Shown: positions 51,765 through 62,694 of the stretch, piece by piece | How the letters are laid out: every line of letters starts with the position of its first letter | Position numbering within the stretch: the stretch's first letter is position 1 | Assembly: GCA_029882995.1 (NCBI GenBank) | Contig: JAOUJV010000005.1 | Span: forward strand, 1 to 62,694 | DNA length: 62,694 nucleotides | DNA from: Gammaproteobacteria bacterium | GTDB taxonomy: Bacteria; Pseudomonadota; Gammaproteobacteria; DAOVJZ01 | Reading direction: 5' to 3' | The notes under the pieces: model-generated | Database searches by the model: none | The model's input: the letters and a program-made list of their open reading frames with translations, nothing else | Told to the model about the DNA's origin: nothing | Translations under genes and position numbers: made by a program

Positions 51765-52895
51765 TTATTTCCTGTCTTTAATCATTTCAATAAAACGATT
51801 AAATAATGGTGCAACATCATGTGGACCTGGACTGGCTTCAGGGTGTCCCTGAAAACTGAATGCCGGTGTATCTGTTCTTTCAATCCCTTGTAAAGAACCG
51901 TCAAATAAGGATTTATGTGTTGCCTTTATGTTTTTAGGTAATGATGATTCGTCAACAGCGAAGCCATGATTCTGGCTGGTGATTAAAACCTGTTTGTTAT
52001 CGAGATCCTGTACCGGATGATTGGCACCGTGATGACCAAATTTCATTTTAACCGTCTTCGCACCACTGGCCAGTGATAACAACTGGTGACCAAGACAAAT
52101 TCCAAATACCGGGATACCGGTTTCCAGCACTTCCTTAATGGCCTTAATCGCGTAATCACAGGGTTCCGGATCACCGGGACCGTTGGAAAGGAAAATACCA
52201 TCCGGCTTCATCGCCAATACATCTTTAGCTGGTGTCTGTGCCGGTACAACCGTCAATTCACATCCACGATCAACCAACATGCGTAATATGTTTCTTTTTA
52301 CACCGTAATCATAAGCAACCACATGGTAAGGTAAATCTTTACTGCCTTTCGGCAGTCCTTCTTCCAGAGTCCATGTACCCTGTGACCATTCGTATTGTGT
52401 TTTGGTCGTCACTTCTTTGGCCAGATCCATCCCTTTCAACCCACCAAAACCCTGTGCCGCTTTAATGGCCACCTTTTCATCTATTTTGTTACCGGCAACG
52501 ATACAACCGTTTTGCGCACCCTTTTCTCTGAGAATGCGCGTCAATCGACGAGTATCAATATCTGCGATCGCAACGACTTTATTTCTGTTCAGGTAATCAG
52601 TCAGGGATTCTTGTGAACGCCAGTTACTGGTGATCATCGGCAGGTCACGAATAATTAAACCGGCCGCCCAGACATGGGATGACTCGGCATCTTCATCATT
52701 AGTGCCTACATTACCGATATGGGGATAAGTCAGTGTGACAATTTGTTTACAATAGGAAGGATCAGTGAGGATCTCTTGATAACCGGTCATGGCGGTATTG
52801 AACACCACCTCACCTGTCGTTTGTCCCTCAATACCAATCGCTTCTCCCCAAAACAGAGAGCCATCTTCAAGGGCAAGTAGTGCCGGTTTTCTCAA
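51765..52895 (-). CDS. carA: Carbamoyl-phosphate synthase small subunit (TTG start)
   Basis: [34 protein letters not shown]; GGAGG precedes TTG at 52895. Confidence 0.97.
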   Translation of the reverse strand: MRKPALLALEDGSLFWGEAIGIEGQTTGEVVFNTAMTGYQEILTDPSYCKQIVTLTYPHIGNVGTNDEDAESSHVWAAGLIIRDLPMITSNWRSQESLTDYLNRNKVVAIADIDTRRLTRILREKGAQNGCIVAGNKIDEKVAIKAAQGFGGLKGMDLAKEVTTKTQYEWSQGTWTLEEGLPKGSKDLPYHVVAYDYGVKRNILRMLVDRGCELTVVPAQTPAKDVLAMKPDGIFLSNGPGDPEPCDYAIKAIKEVLETGIPVFGICLGHQLLSLASGAKTVKMKFGHHGANHPVQDLDNKQVLITSQNHGFAVDESSLPKNIKATHKSLFDGSLQGIERTDTPAFSFQGHPEASPGPHDVAPLFNRFIEMIKDRK

Positions 52896-52919
52896 AAAAT
52901 CCTCCAGCGCTAGGCGTAC

Positions 52920-52953
52920 AAAAAAGCGGGAGACACTTTTTCGTGGCTTCCGC
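52920..52953 (-). promoter_or_regulatory. Terminator-like hairpin in the carA leader (possible attenuator)
   Basis: Minus strand GCGGAAGCCAC-GAAAAA-GTGTCTCCCGC-TTTTTT, about 25 nt before the start. Confidence 0.5.
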
Positions 52954-53029
52954 TCATATTTCAATCAAAAAACTGGGTTATTAACTGGCCGGATTACTGA
53001 ATCTGACCGAGGGGATTATACATAAAAAC

Positions 53030-53283
<254 letters not shown>

Positions 53284-53417
53284 TCAACCGAGGATATGAA
53301 TATTTTTTAAAATCAATCGCTTACATAGTTATCTTTGGTTAAAACCGGTCACATCCAACTTAAAACTAAATTGAAATCATTTGTATATAGCGTACAAATT
53401 TGGACTCATAGCAACAA

Positions 53418-54308
53418 TTATTCAACTGTAACCGTAACAGCAATTTGGTTCCCATCAATATCATACCCCTGTGCGTTAACCAATGCTAAACCAGTAATTT
53501 CGCCAGCCACATAAAACTTAAAGTCTTTCATCTCACTCAATATCTGATTACGCGCCGGTGAAACTAAAGCTGTCAGATTAGAACCGTCATCTGACCAACT
53601 AATATTTTTTATATCACCTCTAGGATTAACCACATAGGCACGCCCTGCACCTCCATTATCAACATCAGCATTATGGGTCATATTGATTTCAACCGCATAT
53701 GGAATAGTAGTTCCACTGAACGAAACTGTGTAGTGATTTGCACGTTCCATTGCCCTGAGTTCTTGTTCTGTGAGAGCACCTATTTGTGTGTTCTGGAAAG
53801 TATTTTGTTCCCCTGTACCAGGCAGTATCTCAAACAATGGGGAAGCAATGGTTTCCCAACTGGCTGTATCTGCATTATAAATATTGACTTGAATAACAGC
53901 CATTCCTGTTGCAAGAGAGGTAGGCAAATCCAGAATCAATGTGTCTTGCATCCATTCCTTATCATAAAGAGTCGCACCTTGAATATATTGTCCCGATGAG
54001 ATTTCACCACCATCAATATCCTGATTTGTTTCATAACCAACAATTACCTTTGATAACGGATCAGGAAAAGCATGAAAATATGCTCTTATTGACGGATCAT
54101 TTCCAGGAACAACAATAAGTGTCCCTTCACTATCTATTATATTGAGGCTGATATCGGCACGTGATAAATCAGGATGCCTACCAGGCATAACAGCAATAGT
54201 GTCTCCTGCACGAGCTGCAATACCAAAACTTTTTGATCCTGTACAACCTGTAAGGTTCAGGGCAATAGCAAAAATCATTAAAGTCAAAATTTTTAAATAA
54301 TTGTTCAT
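53418..54308 (-). CDS. Hypothetical lipoprotein (beta-rich)
   Basis: MNNYLK...LNLTGC lipobox; AGGAG RBS before ATG 54308. Confidence 0.8.
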   Translation of the reverse strand: MNNYLKILTLMIFAIALNLTGCTGSKSFGIAARAGDTIAVMPGRHPDLSRADISLNIIDSEGTLIVVPGNDPSIRAYFHAFPDPLSKVIVGYETNQDIDGGEISSGQYIQGATLYDKEWMQDTLILDLPTSLATGMAVIQVNIYNADTASWETIASPLFEILPGTGEQNTFQNTQIGALTEQELRAMERANHYTVSFSGTTIPYAVEINMTHNADVDNGGAGRAYVVNPRGDIKNISWSDDGSNLTALVSPARNQILSEMKDFKFYVAGEITGLALVNAQGYDIDGNQIAVTVTVE

Positions 54309-54377
54309 TTGTATACTCCTGTAAATTCTATATTGAGTAATATTTGGGTACATAACAATATCTTTTTTGAAAAAATA

Positions 54378-55034
54378 TCAATAATCTATCTCACCTAATA
54401 CCTTGCGTTCGATGAGAAGAACATCCGCGAAATTAAACACACCATTGGGACTTGGAACACCACCAATAAGAGGGGCTACATCACCGTGCTGGAGCTGTTC
54501 TGCCGTTGGGGTGATTTCGCCAAATATGATCTTCCTGCCAAATATAACGTCAGCCATATTTACCTGCCCGTCACCATTAAAATCGCCATCAGCAAAAATG
54601 GGGAATGAGAGGTCATCCAGTGGATCTGTTCCTGCAAGGATTTCATCACCATCATTAACACCATCTCCATCGGTATCTGGCAATAAGGGGTTGGTGTCAT
54701 GAGTCAGGACTTCAGCACCATCGGAAAGCCCGTCAAAATCAGTATCTGGCAGATTGGGATCGGTACCTAACGCAGCTTCATCAACATCGTTCAGGCCATC
54801 ACCATCGCTGTCGGGGTTGCTGGTGGTTATTACGGTGATGTTACCTACTTCATCGTAGGTATAACTTAATAGTGGGCCATCGGAACGGGTGACTGTTTCA
54901 ACACGGTTTAGATCATCGTAGACATAATCGATGGTGGTAGCAGACATGACCGGTTGGTAGATACTCATCCCTGTAACAAATAAAACTGAACAGGCAATTT
55001 TAGCTATCCTTGATTTTGTTTTGAGTTTGTCCAT
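54378..55034 (-). CDS. Secreted YD-repeat / Ca-binding repeat / dockerin-like protein
   Basis: Signal; YVYDDLNRV...YTYDEVGNI; three D(S/T)DxDG repeats; GDFNGDGQVNMADV...GDVAP...ADVLLI. Confidence 0.82.
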   Translation of the reverse strand: MDKLKTKSRIAKIACSVLFVTGMSIYQPVMSATTIDYVYDDLNRVETVTRSDGPLLSYTYDEVGNITVITTSNPDSDGDGLNDVDEAALGTDPNLPDTDFDGLSDGAEVLTHDTNPLLPDTDGDGVNDGDEILAGTDPLDDLSFPIFADGDFNGDGQVNMADVIFGRKIIFGEITPTAEQLQHGDVAPLIGGVPSPNGVFNFADVLLIERKVLGEIDY

Positions 55035-55195
55035 TTTTCTATTCCTTAACTTTGTTTACCTTGTTCGTGTGGTCTTTGTTTGGCACCCTTAAGCTATCAT
55101 GTGCTTTTAATTAATCAATCGAGTCTGACCCTATTGATTTATTTCAATTATTCCTTAATATTCTCATTTGTTGACAATGTTTTTCTTTGTTTTAT

Positions 55196-55546
55196 TTAGT
55201 CTACTTTAATAGTCTTAATCTCTATTGCTGATTTAGAAACAATTATTTTATCGTTAAAGTCAAACCCATTAGTAACATAACCAATCTCATTTTGAATCGA
55301 ACTTCCTGATAAGAATCTAATTTTTATCGTGTAATGACTATCAGATGTAATTATAAAATCACCAATAACAGTTTTTTCTGGATCTATATTTCTAAATTCA
55401 AATTCTTGGTCACAAACTTTCACAACTGCTGATGAAATAATCTCGCCAGACATATTAACCAGCTCAAATCTTCCAAAATTCTCGCCACATGATGACAAAA
55501 AAACCAACGACACCATTAGAAAGACAAAATTATATAGAACCTTCAT
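55196..55546 (-). CDS. Hypothetical lipoprotein (candidate immunity protein)
   Basis: FLSSC lipobox; AT-rich; downstream of Rhs. Confidence 0.7.
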   Translation of the reverse strand: MKVLYNFVFLMVSLVFLSSCGENFGRFELVNMSGEIISSAVVKVCDQEFEFRNIDPEKTVIGDFIITSDSHYTIKIRFLSGSSIQNEIGYVTNGFDFNDKIIVSKSAIEIKTIKVD

Positions 55547-55552
55547 TTGCCA

Positions 55553-55831
55553 CTATACTTTTTTCCCACAATTACTACATTTGCCAAATATTAAAATCTT
55601 GTAATATGGATTCATGTTTGATTCGCCGGGTTTTGGGCTATACATGGAATCACCGCAATTTGGGCATTTTAATGATGCGGTAATAACTAACGCTATAATA
55701 AGTAGTAATGGCGTCAAAATAAATAATATTGGAATAAATATTCCTTTATGATTTATTGCAAACAATAAAATAATGCCCATAATCACAAAAGCAATCAGAT
55801 AAATTGCTCTCGTTTTATTTGTGGCAGTCAT
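55553..55831 (-). CDS. Two-TM protein with a CxxC...CxxC zinc ribbon
   Basis: CPNC and CSNC; coupled to the upstream ORF by ATGA overlap. Confidence 0.7.
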   Translation of the reverse strand: MTATNKTRAIYLIAFVIMGIILLFAINHKGIFIPILFILTPLLLIIALVITASLKCPNCGDSMYSPKPGESNMNPYYKILIFGKCSNCGKKV

Positions 55832-56157
55832 TTTTCTATACCAATAATTGAAACTACTTCTTCATCAGAATTAGGATTATTTATTATAACCCTAACCCAA
55901 ACACCTTCTTCCCCATTTTTAACATGCAAAGTATATTTCATGTATGGCTGTTCATTTGGCGAGCCAGAATATTTAGTTGCTTTTTTAACTTCAAATTTTT
56001 CAAATGCTCCAATAGAGTTTCTTATTTCAACATTGTTTGATAGTGCTGCTTCAATCAAATTACGTCTCTCATCACTTAAATTCATGCCTCCGCTAAAATA
56101 AATACCAATAGCAACAAGAGCACCAACAAAAAAAGAATATCCAATAAATTTTTTCAT
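55828..56157 (-). CDS. Membrane-anchored hypothetical protein (candidate cognate Rhs immunity)
   Basis: Starts 16 nt after the Rhs stop; N-terminal hydrophobic segment; AT-rich. Confidence 0.7.
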   Translation of the reverse strand: MKKFIGYSFFVGALVAIGIYFSGGMNLSDERRNLIEAALSNNVEIRNSIGAFEKFEVKKATKYSGSPNEQPYMKYTLHVKNGEEGVWVRVIINNPNSDEEVVSIIGIEK

Positions 56158-56173
56158 AATAAAACTATTTTTT

Positions 56174-59100
56174 CTATTTACCCCAATTCGAATAGCTGCC
56201 TATATCAACACCCATTGAAGCTCCAGCCTTTATTCCAAAAGCCCATTTCCCATCTGTAGAAAGCGTAGACAAAGAACCTGATGCAAAGTTACCTCCAACT
56301 GGTGTGGTGACCGCGTTTCCACTCGCAATCTGACCAGTTGCATCAAGAGATACAGGTCCAACACCAAGACCTATTCCACCTGAGGCAGATGTTCTTGCAA
56401 TATATCCAGAACCAGTTGTTTTTGAATGAGGTGATGGCTCCCCTAATGGATCATAGGAAACACCTCCACCTAAACCAACACCAAGTCTGCCAGTCGCTTC
56501 AAGTGTTCCATCAAGATACGAAATATTAATTCCACCTCCTACTCCAAGATATGCCTCCAAGCTAAATGACCAAGTTCCAATTGGATCAATCGCATTAACA
56601 GGATTCCCCCCCACATAGGCATAAAGGTTGAGTCCCCCCTCAAACCCAATCGGATCTTCGGAGATGAATCTGCCGATATCCGGATCGTAGTAACGCGCCC
56701 GCATGTAGTAGAACTCAACACCTGGTTCATACATGACACCGTACTGGCCTACGTATTTAAACGGTTGGTTGATGGTTTCAAGTTCGTTGAGGACTCTACC
56801 GTAAGGGCCATAGCTATAAGCATTGATGGTATTTTCGTTGTTATCGGTCATGGCAACAGTACTGCCGATGGCATTGTAGTGGTAGGTGTAAACATTGCTG
56901 CCTTCGACCATGGCTAACAGTCCGGCACCGTGGATGTAGTATTTGGTGATGGTTCCAGCGTTGTCGGCTTCGGCTAACAGGTTGCCGGCGGCATCGTAAA
57001 TGTATTTGGTGACAATACCACTGCGGGTGGCCTTGAGACGGTTACCCGCGCCATCATAATTAAACTGGATATTAGCGCCTATTCCAGTTAGCCGGTGCGC
57101 ATAGTCAAATGTAAACGGCGTACCGCTCTTGTCACTGAGCTGGCCTTCAAAATCGTAATTGAAGGTGGCATTGGTGGTACTGTCGAGCCGGTTACGTGGG
57201 ATGTTGTAGTTAAAGGTAACACTTTCTGTAGGCAGGTTGCTCGGAGGCAAGGGTTCTTGTCTGACTTCCTGTTTGCGGTTGCCATTGCCATCGAGTACCG
57301 GGAACTGGTAGCTAGCGATAATAGTGCCATCAGCCTTTTTATTGATAAGACCAGTGAGGCGGTTGGCGTTGTCATAATCATAATCAGTGATACTGCCGTT
57401 GAAGTTGTCTACCCAGTCAAGGCGGCCTGCGATGTCGTAGTGGTAAGTAGCCACCTGGTTAGTTAGCCAATCTATTGTGACCGTTTCAAGGCGGTTCTGG
57501 TTGTCATAAATATAACTGACGGATTTGTTGCCCGGATAGGTAATGCGAGTAACATTACCCGCTTCGTCATAATCATAATCCACATCAAAACCCTGTGCAT
57601 CGGTGATGATATCAAGGCGGTTAACGGCATCGAAGGTGTTAACTGTGGTGCCTAATGAATCGATCATGGTTTCCAGATTATCTCGGCTGTCATAAGTGTA
57701 TTGTACTGTGGAGAGATCCTGATAAGTGATGGTGTCTAGCTTGCCGGTTGGTGTGTAATCTGTAGTAATAACATCTGAATTACGATCAGTATAAGTATGG
57801 ATGCGCCCGGTATCATAATAAGTATAAAAACTCTTTTTCAGTAACGGATCTGTGCTTTCCTTGAGCAGGCCGTTTTCATAATAAATGAAATTAGTATGTG
57901 CCCCTTCCTGATCGATGAGATCGGTCATCTCCCCTTTTGCATTGTAGGTGTAATCCACGACAGGACGGGTACCTACCTTTGTGGTATCCGGGTAACCATT
58001 AGTATCAAAGACATAATCGGTTACTGTTGTGCGGCCATCGGTACTGGTATCGATCAATCCATTGGGGTAATAAATGGCTGAGGTTTCATTTAACTCACCA
58101 TCTCGTGTCAATTCCAGATGGTGCTCGGCATCATAACCGTAATGTGTGTTGTTACGGAATGGATCGTAGGTATCGATTAACCTGAACTGGACATCATAAA
58201 CATTTTCAGTTTCGTTATTATCCGGATCGTAGATAAAGCGCAGGTTATTATTATTGTCATAAACATAGCGGAATTCATTACTACGTGGGTCAATAGATCT
58301 CACCGGCTGGTTCTGGCCATCGTATTCGGTATATGACTTCTCTCCAAGCGAATTCTCAACTGCAACTTTGCGGCCAGTGAAATCATAATAATAGGTTGTC
58401 CGGTTACCCAGTGGGTCTTCCTCTGATGAAGTCAGTCCGGTGTAATGCATCTTGTAGGTGGCTGTGCCGACTTTACGTGGTGCAAGCTGGGTGATTACAC
58501 GATCACTGTCATCATAGGTATTATCAACGATAGTGGCATTTACGGGATCGATCACAGTTTTCAGGCGATGCAATGTGTCGTAGGTGTATTGCCAGTTGGC
58601 ATTTTCAAGACCGGCGACATTTCTCAGCTCTTCGGCAATCTGTGTATAAACCACAGATCGACCGTTTTGATCGCTCACACTGGTGAGTAGATCACCTGTG
58701 TAGCCTACTGTCAGGGTGCGATTGTAGGTGTCTTTGACTTGAGAGAGTTTTCCAGTCACACCATCATAGATAAAGGTAAGCACATTGCCATCTACATCAG
58801 TCAGGGTGGCTATCTTGTTGTCTGCATTAAAGGCAATCACCGTACCGAAACGTTCGCGCAGTTCATAAGTACCCCCACCCAGTTTTACCAGCTCTGTTGT
58901 CACGCCAGGCGGTGGTGCATAACTACCATCCGGTAGTTTGATATAGGTAAGACCTTGATCACCCATATGAACCGTAACGGCATTATTCAATAAATTGTCT
59001 GTTGCCCAATCGGCTACCAGTGCACCGGTAATCCATGACTTGATTGTGGGCTGGGTCGCTTCCATCAAATCACGTGTCACAAAAGCAGCCACTATCAATG

Positions 59101-61678
59101 AAGCTGCATCAATCGGGGTACGCTTTCCAAGTGCCTTCACAACATCACTATTTTCAGAAAGATAAATATTATAGTTATGTGTCCAGCCTCGACCCAGTCC
59201 CGTTGTATCCTGACTCACCTGCTGGCTGTTGTGAAAACGGGTGAAACTCAAACCACGTGGTCCTGCACCGGCAATACTAATGTCGGTCATTTTTGAAAAA
59301 TAAGCACCCGTGTTTAGATCCACTGGATCAGCTGCAGGGGTTTTAGGAATTATTGATGATGGAATATTTTTAATGTAGTTATCAAACTGTACATAAGGCG
59401 TATTCAGGATCGCTGGTTGACTGGAAAAACCACCATTTAATCCACCACCGATAATCATACCCAGACTACGTGCGCTACCACTGACCCTGTAATCAACATA
59501 ACCTTTGCCTGTCCAACTATTCAGTGTTACCTGACCATTCTCGGGTAACACAAGAGTTGAACCATTATTTACTGCCGTTTGGAACTGACTTAGATCATTG
59601 GCAGTATACGTTAACGTTAACTGGGGTTGAATAGTGCCAAAATTGGCTTGATTAGCGAGGAAGAACTTACCGCCATTCTGGTTGTTGAGCGCAAAGATTT
59701 TAATGGTGGATATGCCTGGATTACTAATACCTTGTAGTTGTTCCAGCACACTGTGTTCCATGGCACTGGCAACAAAACTACCCGCCTGAAAAGCACCGGC
59801 AACCGCCGTTGCTGTTTCCGGTAGCATAGACCCCTGTTGTGCCTTCACATCAACAAAGTAGCCTTCTTCCTGCCCGATAATGCCAAAGCGATGGTGGTTG
59901 ATAAAACGATAATCACTGAGTTTAGTAATAAGATCTGTATTCAACTGGGTTTGTTGCATCCAGGTCTGCCCGATTACATTGAGTGTTTCCGTTATGACTT
60001 CATTGGAATCATTCGCCAGACCTTGCAGTGTCATGGAATTGAGCTGGCGCTGACGTTCTGCCAGCAGCTTGCTATTGCGATCACCACCAAAGGCGGATGC
60101 TAATACATAAGTCCCCACGGAACGATTGAGTGTGAATGTGACACTTTGATCAGCATAGGCACCACTGCTAGCGGCATAGGGATGATCGACTGTAACCACA
60201 AAATCAGTGAGACTACCTGACGGTGTACTTTCTGCTACCAAAAGTATGTCATCAAGATAGATTTCTGCAGTCGGCGTGACTTCAACAACGCCTGTTAAGT
60301 CCACAACTTGAGTACCAAAGACACTCCCTGCATATGACCATTCAAATGTTAGTGTTGCATTTTTTCGCCCAGCTGTTTGACCAACTCCAGAGAACTTCAC
60401 CTTAGTATCCAGACTTGCACCCGGTGCCAGATTATTAAGCCCGCCACCGCTGACAAAACTGAATGCATCGCTACCGGTTAATATCGCTGTTAATTGAATA
60501 GTAGGATTGGTATCTGGGTTGGTGTTTGTATAGGTGATGGTTGGCCCATCCTCGTTGCCAACAGTACCGAAATCCGTTGCTCCCGGTGGTGCGGGATCAA
60601 CTGGGGTATTATCTCGTACATAAGTAATGCTGAGCTTTTTACCCGCAATGTAAGGAATATCATACGTCGCATTGATCCCACCATGTTGAAATTGCACAGT
60701 ATGTACATAGCTTGCCGGAATCGCTGTCCACACTGGTTCCGTAGGTGTTCCTGTAAAAGGCATTGATGCAGGTAATGCAGTACTGTTATCTGGCACAATA
60801 ACAAGACCACCTACAATATCACGCACATAATCTTTGGCATGATTTTGTTTCAGGTAGGTTGTTAATGTATTGGTCAGGTTGTTCAGATAGGTGTCAACGG
60901 CAGCTTCATTAAGATTGCTGATTGAATCTGTACCCAACGTACCTCCAGCAGCAGCCAATAAGCCTGCCTGACTGTATCCAGTTGCTGTTGTTAAATCGAT
61001 ACCATCTGTTTTGGTATTCGGTTTGAAGGCAGGGTCAAGGTTGTATGGCGTACCTGCAATATCCACCACCACCCAGACACGATCCATGGTAAAACTGGTA
61101 CCATAATTTAATGCAGGAATCCCACCACTGGCGATAATGCCACCGATAATTGTGCTGTCCGCATCAGTACCTAACCAACTGGCTAGATTGAAGCCATCGC
61201 CTGAAGTTACTGGAATACTCATGGTGCCGTATTGGTAGTCAGCGGTATAACCAGCAGCACGTAATAGCTCAACCAGAACAGCAGCCTGATCAAAATCATT
61301 ACCACTGCGTTCTAATAAGGTTAGATGTGCGCCTTTAAGTGCACCATAGTAAGGTACATATTCAAAATTGTTACGGATAAACTGATAAATACGAACTGGA
61401 TCGTTTTCTAATGCTTCGGCTAACTGTGTGAAGTCTGAAATTGAAGATACTGCCTGGAGGGAAACCGTTTGCTCATCAACAATGGCACTTTGTGCACTTG
61501 CTTTTGTCGCAGCTTTGGATAGAGCCAGTGTTTTTTTCGATTTTTCAGGTGCAACAAGTTCGGCTGTTTCAGTAATCCAGCCTGGATTATTAACTGCTGC
61601 TTGTGCAGGAAAAATCGAAACAAGAAAACAAAAAATCACTGAAAACACATGACGAGAAAAAAAACAACAACGATCCAT
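56174..61678 (-). CDS. Rhs/YD-repeat protein with signal peptide, transglutaminase-like N-domain and 133-aa C-terminal extension
   Basis: AQA|A signal; IYQFIRNNFEY...GNDFDQAAVLVELLRAAG; DPVDLNTG; YD repeats; YYMRARYYDP.IGRFISEDPIG...NPVNAIDPIG. Confidence 0.93.
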   Translation of the reverse strand: MDRCCFFSRHVFSVIFCFLVSIFPAQAAVNNPGWITETAELVAPEKSKKTLALSKAATKASAQSAIVDEQTVSLQAVSSISDFTQLAEALENDPVRIYQFIRNNFEYVPYYGALKGAHLTLLERSGNDFDQAAVLVELLRAAGYTADYQYGTMSIPVTSGDGFNLASWLGTDADSTIIGGIIASGGIPALNYGTSFTMDRVWVVVDIAGTPYNLDPAFKPNTKTDGIDLTTATGYSQAGLLAAAGGTLGTDSISNLNEAAVDTYLNNLTNTLTTYLKQNHAKDYVRDIVGGLVIVPDNSTALPASMPFTGTPTEPVWTAIPASYVHTVQFQHGGINATYDIPYIAGKKLSITYVRDNTPVDPAPPGATDFGTVGNEDGPTITYTNTNPDTNPTIQLTAILTGSDAFSFVSGGGLNNLAPGASLDTKVKFSGVGQTAGRKNATLTFEWSYAGSVFGTQVVDLTGVVEVTPTAEIYLDDILLVAESTPSGSLTDFVVTVDHPYAASSGAYADQSVTFTLNRSVGTYVLASAFGGDRNSKLLAERQRQLNSMTLQGLANDSNEVITETLNVIGQTWMQQTQLNTDLITKLSDYRFINHHRFGIIGQEEGYFVDVKAQQGSMLPETATAVAGAFQAGSFVASAMEHSVLEQLQGISNPGISTIKIFALNNQNGGKFFLANQANFGTIQPQLTLTYTANDLSQFQTAVNNGSTLVLPENGQVTLNSWTGKGYVDYRVSGSARSLGMIIGGGLNGGFSSQPAILNTPYVQFDNYIKNIPSSIIPKTPAADPVDLNTGAYFSKMTDISIAGAGPRGLSFTRFHNSQQVSQDTTGLGRGWTHNYNIYLSENSDVVKALGKRTPIDAASLIVAAFVTRDLMEATQPTIKSWITGALVADWATDNLLNNAVTVHMGDQGLTYIKLPDGSYAPPPGVTTELVKLGGGTYELRERFGTVIAFNADNKIATLTDVDGNVLTFIYDGVTGKLSQVKDTYNRTLTVGYTGDLLTSVSDQNGRSVVYTQIAEELRNVAGLENANWQYTYDTLHRLKTVIDPVNATIVDNTYDDSDRVITQLAPRKVGTATYKMHYTGLTSSEEDPLGNRTTYYYDFTGRKVAVENSLGEKSYTEYDGQNQPVRSIDPRSNEFRYVYDNNNNLRFIYDPDNNETENVYDVQFRLIDTYDPFRNNTHYGYDAEHHLELTRDGELNETSAIYYPNGLIDTSTDGRTTVTDYVFDTNGYPDTTKVGTRPVVDYTYNAKGEMTDLIDQEGAHTNFIYYENGLLKESTDPLLKKSFYTYYDTGRIHTYTDRNSDVITTDYTPTGKLDTITYQDLSTVQYTYDSRDNLETMIDSLGTTVNTFDAVNRLDIITDAQGFDVDYDYDEAGNVTRITYPGNKSVSYIYDNQNRLETVTIDWLTNQVATYHYDIAGRLDWVDNFNGSITDYDYDNANRLTGLINKKADGTIIASYQFPVLDGNGNRKQEVRQEPLPPSNLPTESVTFNYNIPRNRLDSTTNATFNYDFEGQLSDKSGTPFTFDYAHRLTGIGANIQFNYDGAGNRLKATRSGIVTKYIYDAAGNLLAEADNAGTITKYYIHGAGLLAMVEGSNVYTYHYNAIGSTVAMTDNNENTINAYSYGPYGRVLNELETINQPFKYVGQYGVMYEPGVEFYYMRARYYDPDIGRFISEDPIGFEGGLNLYAYVGGNPVNAIDPIGTWSFSLEAYLGVGGGINISYLDGTLEATGRLGVGLGGGVSYDPLGEPSPHSKTTGSGYIARTSASGGIGLGVGPVSLDATGQIASGNAVTTPVGGNFASGSLSTLSTDGKWAFGIKAGASMGVDIGSYSNWGK

Positions 61679-61736
61679 GTTATACCCCCAATCCTTAAAG
61701 ATACTGAAATTTTTAATATAGAATTCTTACAATAAG

Positions 61737-61752
61737 AGCAAGTTTCATGCCG
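61737..61752 (-). promoter_or_regulatory. Sigma-54 -24/-12 promoter for the Rhs gene
   Basis: Minus strand CGGCAT-GAAAC-TTGCT (GG-N10-GC), about 60 nt upstream of the ATG. Confidence 0.6.
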
Positions 61753-62030
61753 TTTCCTGATTTTTATTTTAATTACATACAATTAGAAAATTTTTTATTT
61801 TTTGATTGTGTCTAAACTTATTGAAAATGTAAAAAATTCTGATACCTTATCGCTTGTCATTTTTGCTTTTAAAACACTATTTTCACCTAAGCATATGTTT
61901 TCAATCTATTATCTTGTAAATTTAGCAGTGTAAATAAAACTGACACAGTAATAATAACTAACTGTTTTATTTATAGTTTGATGAGTCCAGAACAAGACTC
62001 AGATCCAATGAGAAACTTTTTGGTTTGGTT

Positions 62031-62694
<664 letters not shown>

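Noticed and set aside
52896-52964. Longer carA N-terminus from the ORF track
   Set aside because: TTG at 52895 has a GGAGG RBS and matches the usual CarA start; the extension overlaps the leader hairpin.
56174-61678. T6SS effector or Tc-toxin assignment for the Rhs
   Set aside because: No PAAR, VgrG, EagR or Tc subunits nearby, and an N-terminal signal peptide is present.

Overview
Chromosomal window of a Gammaproteobacterium-like genome. The housekeeping backbone is nuoG(partial)FEDCBA, tRNA-Leu(GAG)-secG-tpiA, ccmAB...ccmCDEFGHI, glmM-folP, ftsH-rlmE-yhbY, greA-carB-carA and dapB (partial). Three accessory blocks interrupt it. (1) At 7.1-11.7 kb, an integrase-less integron cassette array (four attC-like sites, five unknown ORFs) plus a SAM methyltransferase with a structured leader. 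(2) At 14.4-35.2 kb, the main finding: a ~20.8 kb cluster lying between ccmB and ccmC. It encodes 10 c-type cytochromes (68 CxxCH plus 2 CxxxCH motifs by hand count), including a tetraheme resembling the Geobacter nanowire cytochrome OmcE, an 11-12 heme protein with the same N-terminal domain and a Gly22-Cys tail, and a 24-heme protein. It also encodes an outer-membrane beta-barrel, three NHL beta-propellers and a cytochrome b/heptaheme module, and it carries FNR-type boxes and a c-di-GMP-I riboswitch. I interpret it as a candidate quinone-to-surface extracellular electron transfer / nanowire system. (3) At 53.2-62.0 kb, an ~8.8 kb island bounded by an 81-bp duplication of the dapB 3' end. It carries a signal-peptide Rhs protein with a degenerate transglutaminase-like domain, candidate immunity genes, a YD-repeat/dockerin protein and a lipoprotein. 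Family calls come from motif reading and remembered sequences; no searches were run.
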